Positions 9,682 through 19,642 are shown, counted from the stretch's first letter. The stretch is 64,000 nt of DNA from an uncultured Acidobacteriota bacterium (GCA_964408025.1 CAYOXX010000001.1:7627-71626), one strand, 5' to 3'. Notes: generated by a model from the letters alone, not told the origin. Made by a program: numbers and translations.

Positions 9682-10513
9682 AATTCGAGACCTGATGATA
9701 TCGGCCATCTACGGCGAGGCCGACGAGGAGGAGCTGCGACGGCTCGAGGCCGGGCTGGCGCGGGACGAAAGCTTGGCGGAAGAGTACAGACAGCTACGGG
9801 CTACCGTAGCGGAAGTCGAGGGGGCAGACCTGGCCGGCGACCCCGGGAAGAAGTTTTGGCTCGGCGTCTGGCCGCGGGTCCGCCGGGGCTTGGAGGCCGA
9901 GGGCCGCGCCGAACAACGGCGAATTCTTAGCGGCCGTCTGACCGCGTTCCCCTGGCGGCCCGCTTTGCAATTTGTCTTCGTCGCCATCATGCTCGTAGTC
10001 GGGATCTTCATCGGCAGGTTCCTGGGCGAGCAGGATGTCGAGCCGGCTCAGCCGCCCGCGCCATCGGTAACAGCGGTATCATTTCCCTACGAGGACGAGA
10101 TCGAGGCTCGCGAGCAGGATTTCATCGTCGACGCCACGCTCGCCTCCCTCGAGAGGTCGGAGAGCGTGTTGCAGGAGTTCCTCGATGTGGATCCGGGTCG
10201 CTGGGGCGACCGGGAGGAGGCCTTCTTCAGTAACCTCGAGTCCAGCCACAACCTGTTCGACGAGCTCGCCGAGCTGCGGGGCAGCCTGCGGGGCGGGCGC
10301 TACGGCTTTGTCTCGACCCTGCTCGACGAGCTGGAGATCATCCTTGGGGACATCGCCGGTATCGAGGTTGACGACGATCTAGCCTTCGAGATCGAGCGCC
10401 TGCAGGAGGACATCGCCGACAGGCGCCTGCTGGTCCGCATTCGCGAGATAGAGACCGCGTTTCCGGAGAGCCGATCGGTGCGCACGCTGCCGCTGAGGCC
10501 CGTGAACAGGTGA
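9665..10513 (+). CDS. Putative anti-sigma factor (single-pass membrane protein)
   Basis: It overlaps the sigma-factor stop by 17 nt. It has one predicted TM segment (LQFVFVAIMLVVGIFIGRF) after a ~90 aa cytoplasmic N-domain, the typical ECF partner layout. There is no direct motif proof. Confidence 0.5.
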   Translation: MSEFLEIRDLMISAIYGEADEEELRRLEAGLARDESLAEEYRQLRATVAEVEGADLAGDPGKKFWLGVWPRVRRGLEAEGRAEQRRILSGRLTAFPWRPALQFVFVAIMLVVGIFIGRFLGEQDVEPAQPPAPSVTAVSFPYEDEIEAREQDFIVDATLASLERSESVLQEFLDVDPGRWGDREEAFFSNLESSHNLFDELAELRGSLRGGRYGFVSTLLDELEIILGDIAGIEVDDDLAFEIERLQEDIADRRLLVRIREIETAFPESRSVRTLPLRPVNR

Positions 10514-10517
10514 GAAG

Positions 10518-12107
10518 ATGACAGTGAGAACTGGATTTCTGGCAACAGCCATCATCGCAGCTTGCTGGTCGGTTGTCGCGGCCTCCGACGCGTTAGCGGC
10601 CGAGCAGGACCCCGGCGTGGCCGCCTACCACGAGGCCCGCGCGCTCCTGGTTGAAGGCCGCGTCGCCGAAGCGGCCGCCAGGTTCGAGTCGCTCATCTCC
10701 GCTTACCCCGACAGCAGCCGCGCCGACGACGCCGCCTTCTACCTCGCCTACTGCCGCCACCGGCTCGGCCAAAAGCATTTGGCTTTCACCCAATACGTGA
10801 GCTTTCTCGAACGCTATCCCCGCAGCATACTTGCCCGCCGGGGGCTGATGTTCGCCATCGGCCTGGCCCAGGAATTGCGTCGCGACGACGGCGATATCTA
10901 CGATCAGTTCCTGGCGCGCTACGTTCGCCGTGGACAGAGTTTTACAAGCCGCGTGGAGATCGCCATCAGGCTGGCGCAACTGGGCAACTGGAGCGGCCTG
11001 GACCTGCTCGTGCGGGGACTGGAGCGGGGCAGCGGCATACAGCAGATCGTGATCTCCGACCTGCTGCGTTACCGGCTCGACGAGGAGAGTGTCCGCGGAG
11101 CATTCGAGCGCGCGCTGCGGGGCTCCGCTAACGAGATAGTGCGTATGAAGGCCGCGTCGGCGCTCTCGCGCGTGACCCATCTGGACTCCGTGCGCGAAGC
11201 GATGAGCGAGGCGATGCTGCACGACCGCAACGAGCTCGTCAGGATCAGCGCCGCCGAGGCGCTCTCGCACCACCGGGCGGACAGGGCGGTCCAGAGGGCC
11301 TTCAATAGTGCCCTGGGCAGCGAGCGCGATCCGATTGTGCTGATCAACGTGATCGAATCGCTCGGCGACGGCCTCGCCGACGTGGGAGTCCACGCACAGC
11401 TGCTCAGCAGGCTCAGCAACGAAGAGGATCCTATGATCAGGTTCGCTGTCACCGGGGCACTGCGCGGACACGTCGTCATCGACTCCGACACGCTGCCGGG
11501 GCTGGAGACGTTGGTTCACGCGCCAGAACCACTAGTGCGGCTAAACACGATCCGGGTCCTGGCACAGCGGACAGACGATCCCCAAGTTCGCGTTGTGATC
11601 CTGGAGAGCCTGGAGAACGATCCGAACATAGACGTCAGGATGGCGGCTGTCAGCGTCCTCGCGCCGCACGCGTCCAACGAGCGGGTTCGCCGCGTCCTTG
11701 AGCTGACGGTGGAGAATTCGGAGAGCGTTAGCCTGATAACCTCTTCCATCAGGGCCCTGGGTAGCCAGGCGGCTCACGCGGAAGTGCGCCGCATGCTTGC
11801 GGGGATGCTCAGCGCGCCGCAGCCACCAGTGGTGTCGTACGACCTGGTGAGGGTGCTGGCGCCGTACTCCGACAGGCCGGAGGTTCAGGACGGCTTCATT
11901 TTCCTGCTCGAGAACGCCGAAGACGGCAACCTGAGGCACGTCGTGGCCAGGAGCCTGCGCGCGGTCGAGGGGGAATCGAGGCTCGAGCGGCTCGAGCGCC
12001 TCTACCTCGAAGAAGAGGACGTGGAGCTTGCCGCCCTCTATCTCGAACTGATCGCCAGGGCCGACCCGGAGCGGGGCCGGGCGCTGGGAGAGGGATCGTT
12101 ACGTTAA
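10518..12107 (+). CDS. Secreted HEAT/PBS-lyase-like repeat protein
   Basis: It has a signal peptide (MTVRTGFLATAIIAACWSVVAASDALA). It also has repeated ...R..A..AL..L.D... helical repeats (VRMKAASALSRV, VRISAAEALSHH, VRMAAVSVLAPH), typical of HEAT_2/PBS-lyase repeats. Confidence 0.55.
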   Translation: MTVRTGFLATAIIAACWSVVAASDALAAEQDPGVAAYHEARALLVEGRVAEAAARFESLISAYPDSSRADDAAFYLAYCRHRLGQKHLAFTQYVSFLERYPRSILARRGLMFAIGLAQELRRDDGDIYDQFLARYVRRGQSFTSRVEIAIRLAQLGNWSGLDLLVRGLERGSGIQQIVISDLLRYRLDEESVRGAFERALRGSANEIVRMKAASALSRVTHLDSVREAMSEAMLHDRNELVRISAAEALSHHRADRAVQRAFNSALGSERDPIVLINVIESLGDGLADVGVHAQLLSRLSNEEDPMIRFAVTGALRGHVVIDSDTLPGLETLVHAPEPLVRLNTIRVLAQRTDDPQVRVVILESLENDPNIDVRMAAVSVLAPHASNERVRRVLELTVENSESVSLITSSIRALGSQAAHAEVRRMLAGMLSAPQPPVVSYDLVRVLAPYSDRPEVQDGFIFLLENAEDGNLRHVVARSLRAVEGESRLERLERLYLEEEDVELAALYLELIARADPERGRALGEGSLR

Positions 12108-12131
12108 AAGCGCAGTGGTGGATGAAGCGGT

Positions 12132-13403
12132 CTACGCCTTCGCGCCGCGCATACGCCCGAGCTGCCCTCCCATGGTACCGGTGATTTTCTGCCAGATCGC
12201 CAGGACCGGGCTGGCGATGAAGATGGAGGAGTAGGTGCCGACCAGGATGCCGATAATCAACGTGAAGGCGAAATCGTTGATTACCGAGCCGCCCATGAAG
12301 AATAGGAAGAGTACGACAATCAGCGTTGTCACCGAGGTCAACAGCGTCCTGCCCAGGGTGCTGTTGATGCTGGCGTTGAGAATGCCCTCGTAGTCATCGC
12401 GCGCCTCGCGGCGCCGGATGGTGAGGTTCTCGCGGATGCGGTCGAAGACGACGATTGTGTCGTTGAGCGAGTAGCCGACGATGGTCAACAGGCCGGCAAC
12501 GATCGGCAGGTTGAACTCCCTTCCGGTCATGGAAAAGATGCCGACCGTGATGAGGAGGTCGTGGATGGTGGCGGCGATTGCCGCCACCGAGAACCTGGGG
12601 TTGAAGCGGAACCAGATGTAAGCCAGGATGCCGCCAAGCGAGAAGACGATTGCCCAGACTGCCTGCTCGCCCAGCTCCGCGCCGACGACGGCGCTGACCA
12701 TCTCGGCCCTGATTCTGCTGAAGTTGCCTAGGAACGTGCGCGCGGGGATGAAGTTCCTGAAGTCATCGGCGCGCTGTGCGTGCTCCTCGCGGAAGACCAG
12801 CGAGTCCAGGGCGCGCTCGAGGCCCTCCTCGGTGAAGATGCCGTGTAACTCCGTCTCCCTGTACCTGTCGATGAGCTGCTCGGAGAGGTCGCCGTAGATC
12901 TCGCGGATCTCCTGGGTAGTCAGGTTGGTCCGCCGCAGGGCCAGGGGATCGTTATCCTCCGCGGCCAGCAGTTCCGTCACCCTGTCCTTGCCCTCGAGGT
13001 TGAGGTTCAGCCTGCCCTCCTCGATAAGTGCCAGGTCCGATTCGCTCGACAGGGCGTCAATTATCCGGTTGACGACGTCCTCCTGCGCCGCGGAGCCCGC
13101 GGTCGCGCCATCATCCTCAAGATCCTCGCGCTGGACGCGTATCATCACGTCGCGGTGCTCCGCGTCGGCCTGGATCATGGCGTCGCCGTAGCCGACGGTG
13201 GCCAGATTGGCGCGGATGGCGTTGAGACTCGGCAATTCGTTGAACTTCAACTGGATCAGGTTGCCCCCGGCAAAGTCGATACCCAGGTGGAGGCCGTTTA
13301 CGGCTACGTATATACAGCAGGCGGCTATGAGGAGTAAGGAGAGGCTGATGGCGAGGAACTTTTTGCCGAGGAAGTCGATCTTTGTTTCGCGGAAGAACTG
13401 CAT
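12132..13403 (-). CDS. secF: Protein translocase subunit SecF (with enlarged periplasmic domain)
   Basis: 423 aa. The N-terminus is MQFFRETKIDFLGKKFLAISLSLLLIAA. It has the ...GIDFAGG... SecD/F fold and six C-terminal TMs. It is ~100 aa longer than typical SecF because of an acidic periplasmic insertion. Confidence 0.85.
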   Translation of the reverse strand: MQFFRETKIDFLGKKFLAISLSLLLIAACCIYVAVNGLHLGIDFAGGNLIQLKFNELPSLNAIRANLATVGYGDAMIQADAEHRDVMIRVQREDLEDDGATAGSAAQEDVVNRIIDALSSESDLALIEEGRLNLNLEGKDRVTELLAAEDNDPLALRRTNLTTQEIREIYGDLSEQLIDRYRETELHGIFTEEGLERALDSLVFREEHAQRADDFRNFIPARTFLGNFSRIRAEMVSAVVGAELGEQAVWAIVFSLGGILAYIWFRFNPRFSVAAIAATIHDLLITVGIFSMTGREFNLPIVAGLLTIVGYSLNDTIVVFDRIRENLTIRRREARDDYEGILNASINSTLGRTLLTSVTTLIVVLFLFFMGGSVINDFAFTLIIGILVGTYSSIFIASPVLAIWQKITGTMGGQLGRMRGAKA

Positions 13404-13415
13404 TGAGGTCCTCTG

Positions 13416-15104
13416 TCAGATGCTCAGTTTCTGAATCTGGTTGCGCTTGATGGCCAGCACGGAGTCGAAGACGACGCGGGCTACGAAGACCGCCGTGAAC
13501 ATCGAGGCCGCCAGGCCGATGGTGATCGTGGTGGCGAAGCCGCGTATCGGCCCGGTGCCAAACTGGAAGAGAAAGATGGCGGCGATGAAGGTGGTGACGT
13601 TGGCGTCGAAGATGGTCCCGAACGCCTTGCCGAAGCCGCTCTCGATCGAGCTCATCACCGTCTTGCCTACACGCAGCTCCTCGCGGATGCGCTCGAATAT
13701 CAGCACGTTGGCGTCGACCGCCATGCCGATGGTAAGGATTATGCCGCCGATACCGGGCAGCGTTAGGACCGCCCCGAACCAGGCCAGGAAGGCCATGATC
13801 AGCAGGATGTTCATGGCCAGGGCGAGGACGGCGACGAAACCCGAGAGGCGGTAGTAGAGGACCATGAAGACGACCACAATCGCCATGCCCCAGAGGGCTG
13901 CGGTCGTGCCGAAGCGGATCGAGTCGGCGCCCAGGGCCGGGCCGACCGAGCGCTCCTCCTCGAAGTGCATCGAGGTCGGCACGGCTCCGGAGCGGAGCAG
14001 CCAGGCGAGGCGATCGGCCTCTTCGCGCGTGAACTGGCCGGAGATCTCGCCTACCGATCCGATCTCGTCGTTGATGACGGCCACCTCGATCGCCTCGTCG
14101 TCCAGCACCACGGCCATCAGCTTGCCGATATTGGCGGCGGTTAGCTGCCGAAAGCGCTGCCCGCCCTCGGCGTCGAAGGTGAACTGGACAACGATCCTGT
14201 TCTGCTGGCCGCGGCTGGCGCGCGCGTCGATCAGGTAGTTGCTGTTGACTGTGGCCTCCTTGTAGAGAAGGTGGAACTCGAGCGGAAGCCGCTCCTGGCC
14301 CCGGGCCTCAGCCAGCGTCTGCGCGTACTCCGGCACGATCTCCTGACCGGCGAGGACGTCGCCTCCCAGGTTCTCCAGCAGGGCTTCGCGCGTCAGCGCC
14401 TGGTAAGGCCGGTCCGCTTCGTCGTAGACGAGCATTCGGAACTCCAGGTTGCCGGGAGTACGGATGCGATCCTTGGCCTCCTCGGGATCCTCGATGCCGG
14501 GCAGCTGCAGCAGGATACGCTGCGAGGTGGCCTGGTCGCCCTGGATCACGATGTTCGGCTCAGCCACGCCGAGCTGGTCGATGCGGTAGGAGATGGAGCG
14601 GCGCACGTTCTGGACAGTGCTGCGGCGGATATCGGTAATCGCTCCCATCGACAGCGTCAGTCGGATGGTCCCGCTCGCCGGCGAAGTCATCGACCAGTCG
14701 CCCTCGACGTTTATCCGCTCGCGGATCGCCTGCCGGGCGTCGTCCATCCTCTCCGCATCGGCGAGGTCGAACTCCAGGTGGGGAGGGTTGCCCTCCGGGT
14801 CATCAAGAATCTTGAAAAAGGGCATTCCCGGCGGAAACGCTGTTCGGTCGCCCTCCGGCATGAAGGCCACCGATTCGCGCGCAGTGCTGATCTCGATACC
14901 AGCGTCCTGCAGCGCGTTGCGGGCGGCGGCGAAGGTGTTGTCAACCTCGCTCTCTACCGCCTCGTCGACGTGGACGCGGATCAGCAGGTGCGAGCCGCCC
15001 TGCAGGTCGAGCCCAAACATTATCGGCTTGGAAAAGATGACCAGCGCGGAGACCGCCAGGATAACCAGGATGAATAGGATTCGTCCCCAGGGGATGCGAG
15101 ACAT
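13416..15104 (-). CDS. secD: Protein translocase subunit SecD
   Basis: 562 aa. It has GLDLQGGSHLLIRV, a large periplasmic domain and a C-terminal 6-TM bundle. It directly precedes secF. Confidence 0.9.
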   Translation of the reverse strand: MSRIPWGRILFILVILAVSALVIFSKPIMFGLDLQGGSHLLIRVHVDEAVESEVDNTFAAARNALQDAGIEISTARESVAFMPEGDRTAFPPGMPFFKILDDPEGNPPHLEFDLADAERMDDARQAIRERINVEGDWSMTSPASGTIRLTLSMGAITDIRRSTVQNVRRSISYRIDQLGVAEPNIVIQGDQATSQRILLQLPGIEDPEEAKDRIRTPGNLEFRMLVYDEADRPYQALTREALLENLGGDVLAGQEIVPEYAQTLAEARGQERLPLEFHLLYKEATVNSNYLIDARASRGQQNRIVVQFTFDAEGGQRFRQLTAANIGKLMAVVLDDEAIEVAVINDEIGSVGEISGQFTREEADRLAWLLRSGAVPTSMHFEEERSVGPALGADSIRFGTTAALWGMAIVVVFMVLYYRLSGFVAVLALAMNILLIMAFLAWFGAVLTLPGIGGIILTIGMAVDANVLIFERIREELRVGKTVMSSIESGFGKAFGTIFDANVTTFIAAIFLFQFGTGPIRGFATTITIGLAASMFTAVFVARVVFDSVLAIKRNQIQKLSI

Positions 15105-15113
15105 CGACGGACC

Positions 15114-15476
15114 TCACTTCTTCTCGACGGCGGTTTCCTCGCCTTCCGGCTGGACGACCGTCCCGACGGCCTGGCGGCTTACCTCGATCTTTATCTGGTC
15201 GGCGATGCGCAGGATGATCGTCTTCTCGGTGACGCCGGAGACGGTGCCGTGGATGCCGCCTACGGTCACGATCTTGTCTCCCGACTTCAGCGAGCCGATC
15301 ATCTCCTGCAGCTTCTTCCTTCGCTTGCGCTCGGGGCCGATGATGAGGAAGTACCAGACGGCAACCAGGATGCCCATGAGCACGAGCATCGGGACGAGGC
15401 CACCTCCTCCCTCGCCTGTAGGGGCCATCGCGATCTGCGCCGCCCAGTCTGTTAACTGACTGGCAAGATTGGTCAT
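15114..15476 (-). CDS. yajC: Preprotein translocase subunit YajC
   Basis: 120 aa with a single TM. The conserved YajC core reads MLVLMGILVAVWYFLIIGPERKRRKK...GDKIVTVGGIHGTV. Confidence 0.8.
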   Translation of the reverse strand: MTNLASQLTDWAAQIAMAPTGEGGGGLVPMLVLMGILVAVWYFLIIGPERKRRKKLQEMIGSLKSGDKIVTVGGIHGTVSGVTEKTIILRIADQIKIEVSRQAVGTVVQPEGEETAVEKK

Positions 15477-15596
15477 TATCCCACCCTTCTATAAATGGCA
15501 CGTTTAGTGCCCAAAACGGTTTCGTAGGGTGACCGATTTCGGGGAACATGTCAAGGCGATGCGAGCGCGTATCGTCGGCGGGCCGGTAAGGTGTTC

Positions 15597-16745
15597 TCAG
15601 GTTGATTTCTTTTCGACATCGAGGCTTGAACGCTGACGAAAGCCGTCGATGAAGTCGTCGCGGAAGCGTGTGAACCTTCCCGCCGCGATCGCCTCGCGCG
15701 CGCGCGCCAATAGAGTAAGGAAGAAATGCAGGTTGTGATGTGTGTTGAGCATCGAGGCGAGGATCTCTCCGGAGACGAACAGGTGACGCAGGTAGGCGCG
15801 GCTGAATCGCGAGCAAACGGAGCAGCCGCACTCCGGGTCTATCGGCGAGGGATCGTTGCGGTAGTGTGCATGCTTGATCGACAGCCGGCCGCGCGAGGTG
15901 AACAGCGTCCCGGTGCGCGCGTTGCGGGTCGGCAACACGCAATCGAACAGGTCGTAGCCGAGGCCGATCATGGTGAGCAGGTCGTCCGGCGGCCCTACGC
16001 CCATCAGGTAGCGTGGCCTGTCATCCGGCAGCATCGGGGCACAGAGGGCGGCGGTCTCGAGCAGCAGCTCCTTCGGCTCGCCGACGCTGAGGCCGCCGAC
16101 AGCGTGGCCGGCGAAGTCGAGTTCGGCGAGGCGCTCGGCGCAGGCGCGGCGCTGCCGCGGGTCGAAACCTCCCTGCTGGATGCCGAACAGGGCGCCGCCA
16201 GCTGGGCCGGGCACCCGGCGGTACTCCGCGAGGCTACGAGCCGCCCAGCGACAGGTGAGCTCCGTCGCTTCCCGCACAACTGGCGTCGGGGCGGGATAGG
16301 GTAGACAGTGGTCGAGGACCATGATGATGTCGCTGCCGAAGGAGAGCTGATTCCGTACGCAGCTCTCCGGTGTCATGAGGTGCTCGCTACCGTCGAGGTG
16401 CGAGTTGAAGCGCACCCCCTCCTCAAGAACCCGGTGGCGACCCTGCATGCTGTAGATCTGGAAACCTCCGCTGTCGGTCAGTATCGCACGCTGCCAACCG
16501 ATGAAGCTGTGCAGCCCACCGAGGGACCGGATGAGCTCCGCGCCGGGGCGCAGGCTCAGGTGGTAGGTGTTTCCGAGGACGATATCCGCTCCCAGCTCTT
16601 CCAGGTCACGGGGGTGCATGGCCTTAACTGAACCCTGCGTTCCGACCGGCATGAAAGCGGGTGTGCGAACTGGCCCGTGCGGAGTCGAGAGCACGCCACA
16701 CCTGGCGGCGGAGGGCCCGTCTTTACAGGTGATCTCGAAAGCCAT
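15597..16745 (-). CDS. tgt: Queuine tRNA-ribosyltransferase
   Basis: It has PAFMPVGTQGSVK, the catalytic region, and the Zn site CGCSVCSRFSRAYLRHLF. The start was trimmed to MAFEITCKDG to match the Tgt N-terminus; the track ORF begins at 16874. Confidence 0.9.
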   Translation of the reverse strand: MAFEITCKDGPSAARCGVLSTPHGPVRTPAFMPVGTQGSVKAMHPRDLEELGADIVLGNTYHLSLRPGAELIRSLGGLHSFIGWQRAILTDSGGFQIYSMQGRHRVLEEGVRFNSHLDGSEHLMTPESCVRNQLSFGSDIIMVLDHCLPYPAPTPVVREATELTCRWAARSLAEYRRVPGPAGGALFGIQQGGFDPRQRRACAERLAELDFAGHAVGGLSVGEPKELLLETAALCAPMLPDDRPRYLMGVGPPDDLLTMIGLGYDLFDCVLPTRNARTGTLFTSRGRLSIKHAHYRNDPSPIDPECGCSVCSRFSRAYLRHLFVSGEILASMLNTHHNLHFFLTLLARAREAIAAGRFTRFRDDFIDGFRQRSSLDVEKKST

Positions 16746-17135
16746 AGCCGCGGAGTATAGCCGCAATCGAAAGCGGGTGCTAGTGAGTGGAAGACATAAA
16801 GTAAATTCTAGGTATTTTCGCGGCGAGAACTTACTGGCAGCCCGGGTAGTTAATAGATGGGAGAATAATTCCAAAAAATACTCAAGTATTTTCTACAAGA
16901 TCTTGTATGCTTAAAGCACTTTAGTGCAATATCGAGTAAGTGTAATGTTATCAACAATATGCGAGCGCGGATTGTTGACCTTTCAAGGCTTGAGTAGTAC
17001 ACTCTAGTATGATGTCTTCCATCCATGGGTATGGACATCGTGTGAGGAGTTAGCCCTCGGCTGAATGAGCATGGAAAGACTTATCCGGGCGGGGGCGAAA
17101 AAGGCAATGCGGGTTCTCCCGCGGGAGGGCGTAGA

Positions 17136-17336
17136 GTGACCTACACCACATCCCAAGTTGCAGAAAGAGTTGGAGTATCTAAGAAGACCCTCTACAGCTG
17201 GCTGAAGAAGAGGATCATCGAGGAGCCTGATCGCGACTACAAGGGCTACCGCATCTGGAGCGAAGAGGACATCAACAAGTGCCTGGAGTATAAGAACCGC
17301 CGCATCCCGGCGTCCCAGGTGAAGAGCAGAAAGTAG
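17136..17336 (+). CDS. Small HTH DNA-binding protein (MerR/excisionase-type HTH_17), possible pil-locus regulator
   Basis: 66 aa. TSQVAERVGVSKKTLYSWLKK is a helix-turn-helix. It has a GTG start with GGAGGG 6 nt upstream. It sits in an AT-rich divergent promoter region directly upstream of pilM. Confidence 0.5.
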   Translation: MTYTTSQVAERVGVSKKTLYSWLKKRIIEEPDRDYKGYRIWSEEDINKCLEYKNRRIPASQVKSRK

Positions 17337-17355
17337 AGTACCGTTCGGAGGAGGC

Positions 17356-18414
17356 ATGTTTGGGCGTCGCAAGCGTCTGCTTGGCGTCGATATTGGCTCA
17401 CACGCCATCAAGTCGGTGCTGCTCAAGCGCTCGAAGAAGGGCGGCATGCAGTACGAGCTGGAGAAGATCGCGCTGGAGCCGGTACCGCCGCAGGTGATTG
17501 TCGAGGGCGACATAATCGATTCGGTCACCGTCATAGACGTGTTCGACCGCCTGCTGCGCTCCATGCGTACGCGGGTCAACGACGTCGCCATCGCCATGGC
17601 CGGCAACTCGGTGATAATTAAGAAGATCGCCATGCCCGGCATGAGCGAGGAGGATCTCGAGGATTCGATTCAGTGGGAGGCGGAGCAGTACATCCCCTTC
17701 GAGATCGACGAAGTAATGGTTGACTACCATTTGATGTCCGAGTCGACGGAAGGCGGTTCAATGGACGTAGTGTTGGTGGCGGTCAAGAAGGACAAGATAC
17801 TCGACTACACCAGCATCGTCAGCCAAGCGGGCAAGTCGACGGCGGTTGTGGACGTCGACGTCTTTGCCATCCAGAACTGCTTCGACGTCAACTACCAGGA
17901 CGTCGGTGGCGCCAACATAGGCCTGGTGAACATCGGGGCAAGCGTCACCAGCATCAACATCCTGGAGGACGGCAGGACCTCGTTCTGGCGCGACATCATC
18001 GCCGGCGGCAACAAGCACACCGAGGCGCTACAGCGGGACCTGGGCCTGGGGATCGAGCAGGCGGAGGACGCCAAGCGTGGCTTTGAGGTCGAGGGGGCAC
18101 CACCCGACGCAGTGATTTCGGTGCTTGACAAGGCTTCGGAAGAGGTCGTCGACGTGATAGCCAAGACCTTCGATTTCTACCGGGGCAGCTCCGGCGGCGC
18201 GTCGCTGGAGAGGGTTTACGTCGGCGGCGGCGCGGCAGCGACCTCCGATTTCCTCGACATGCTCGGCGGCAGGATCGGCGTGCCGGTGGAGATGATGGAT
18301 CCGTTCCGCGCCATCTCGGTAAACCCGAAGAAGTTCGATGTCGATTACATCCGCGACCAGAGTACCAGCTTCGCGGTCGCAGTAGGCTTGGCGCTGCGGG
18401 AGGCTGACTACTGA
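17356..18414 (+). CDS. pilM: Type IV pilus assembly protein PilM (actin-like ATPase fold)
   Basis: 352 aa. LGVDIGSHAIKSVLLK... is the PilM/FtsA-like N-terminus. It heads a pilMNOPQ gene order. Confidence 0.85.
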   Translation: MFGRRKRLLGVDIGSHAIKSVLLKRSKKGGMQYELEKIALEPVPPQVIVEGDIIDSVTVIDVFDRLLRSMRTRVNDVAIAMAGNSVIIKKIAMPGMSEEDLEDSIQWEAEQYIPFEIDEVMVDYHLMSESTEGGSMDVVLVAVKKDKILDYTSIVSQAGKSTAVVDVDVFAIQNCFDVNYQDVGGANIGLVNIGASVTSINILEDGRTSFWRDIIAGGNKHTEALQRDLGLGIEQAEDAKRGFEVEGAPPDAVISVLDKASEEVVDVIAKTFDFYRGSSGGASLERVYVGGGAAATSDFLDMLGGRIGVPVEMMDPFRAISVNPKKFDVDYIRDQSTSFAVAVGLALREADY

Positions 18415-19058
18415 TGATACGTATAAACCTGCTGCGCAGAGAGCGCGTCAAGGAGAAAAGGGTAAAGGTACCCGCGCGGGCTCCGACGCAGATGGTGGGT
18501 CAGCTGGGCTTCGTGGCCGTTTTCGTCGTCACGCTGGCGGTGATCGCCTTTCTCTGGCTGGACGTCCAGGGCAAGAAGGGCAACCTGGAGAGCGAGTACC
18601 GCGCGGCGTCGCAGGAGCGGGAGCGACTGCGCGGCGTGGAGGAACTGGTCAACCGGCTGGAGGCCGAGAGGGAGCGGCTGGCGACGCGCCTGCGGACGCT
18701 CAGCGACCTCAAGGACAACCTGCGCACGCCTTACTACGGCATCGGCGTGATCTGGGCCGCCTATCTGCCCCTGGAAAACAACCGCGATTTCGCCCTCTCC
18801 AGCGTCGCTCAGGAAACGGACTCTGATGTACGCTTCGTCGTCGAGGGAGAGGCGTCCCGGGATGCACTCCTGCGGTTTCACGACAACCTCAACGGCTTCA
18901 CCGAGCTGGTGCAACGGGTGCGCATTCTCGAGCACCAGTACGAGCGCGACGGGAGATTCGAGTTGCTAGTCGAGTTTGTAAATTTCGGTGACTTGAGGAC
19001 GGAATCGCAGGAGAGCGAAGCGTCGCCCAGCGTGAGCGAGGGGGGCGAGGGGTCGTAG
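18414..19058 (+). CDS. pilN: Type IV pilus assembly protein PilN
   Basis: It has the N-terminal INLL motif (MIRINLLRRE), one TM and a coiled-coil region. Its start overlaps the pilM stop. Confidence 0.75.
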   Translation: MIRINLLRRERVKEKRVKVPARAPTQMVGQLGFVAVFVVTLAVIAFLWLDVQGKKGNLESEYRAASQERERLRGVEELVNRLEAERERLATRLRTLSDLKDNLRTPYYGIGVIWAAYLPLENNRDFALSSVAQETDSDVRFVVEGEASRDALLRFHDNLNGFTELVQRVRILEHQYERDGRFELLVEFVNFGDLRTESQESEASPSVSEGGEGS

Positions 19059-19060
19059 CG

Positions 19061-19642
19061 ATGCAGAATCTGCCGTACTGGGGACAGCTGTTGATCGTGG
19101 TCGGCGTCTGCGCGGTGATGGGTTTCATGTTCTATCAGTTCATCTATACAAACGAGTTGCAGGAAGTCACGGATATCGAGGCGCGGCTCGAATCGGTGAA
19201 CGCCGAGATCCGCCGATTCAGGCCGTACGAGCACCGCATGGGCGAGCTGGAGCGGGAGATCGAGGAGATCAGAGCCGACCTGGAGCTGATACGCTCCGTC
19301 TTCCCGGAGGAGATTGACGACGCCGCGCTCAACCGGTTTGTGGGTAGCGTCGCCAACAGCGACAACATCTACTTGGCCAACTACAGCGCCGGCGAGATGA
19401 TCGATCAGGAGCAGTACCTGGAGCTGGTCGTCAACTACAACTCGCGCGGGCGCTTCCAGGACTTCCTGAATTTCTTCAACGACATCGGCAGCCGGGGGCA
19501 GGTGATGCACATCTACGGGCTCAACATGGAGCGCTCCTCCTCGCGACAGAATCCCAGCGGCCGCCACCCCGTGACAGCGAGCTTCACGATCTCCACTTAC
19601 ATCTACAAGGAGATCGCCGAGGAGCCGGAGGAGAGCGAGTGA
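19061..19642 (+). CDS. pilO: Type IV pilus assembly protein PilO
   Basis: 193 aa with an N-terminal TM, a coiled coil and a C-terminal ferredoxin-like domain. Its position between pilN and pilP/Q supports the call. Confidence 0.65.
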   Translation: MQNLPYWGQLLIVVGVCAVMGFMFYQFIYTNELQEVTDIEARLESVNAEIRRFRPYEHRMGELEREIEEIRADLELIRSVFPEEIDDAALNRFVGSVANSDNIYLANYSAGEMIDQEQYLELVVNYNSRGRFQDFLNFFNDIGSRGQVMHIYGLNMERSSSRQNPSGRHPVTASFTISTYIYKEIAEEPEESE

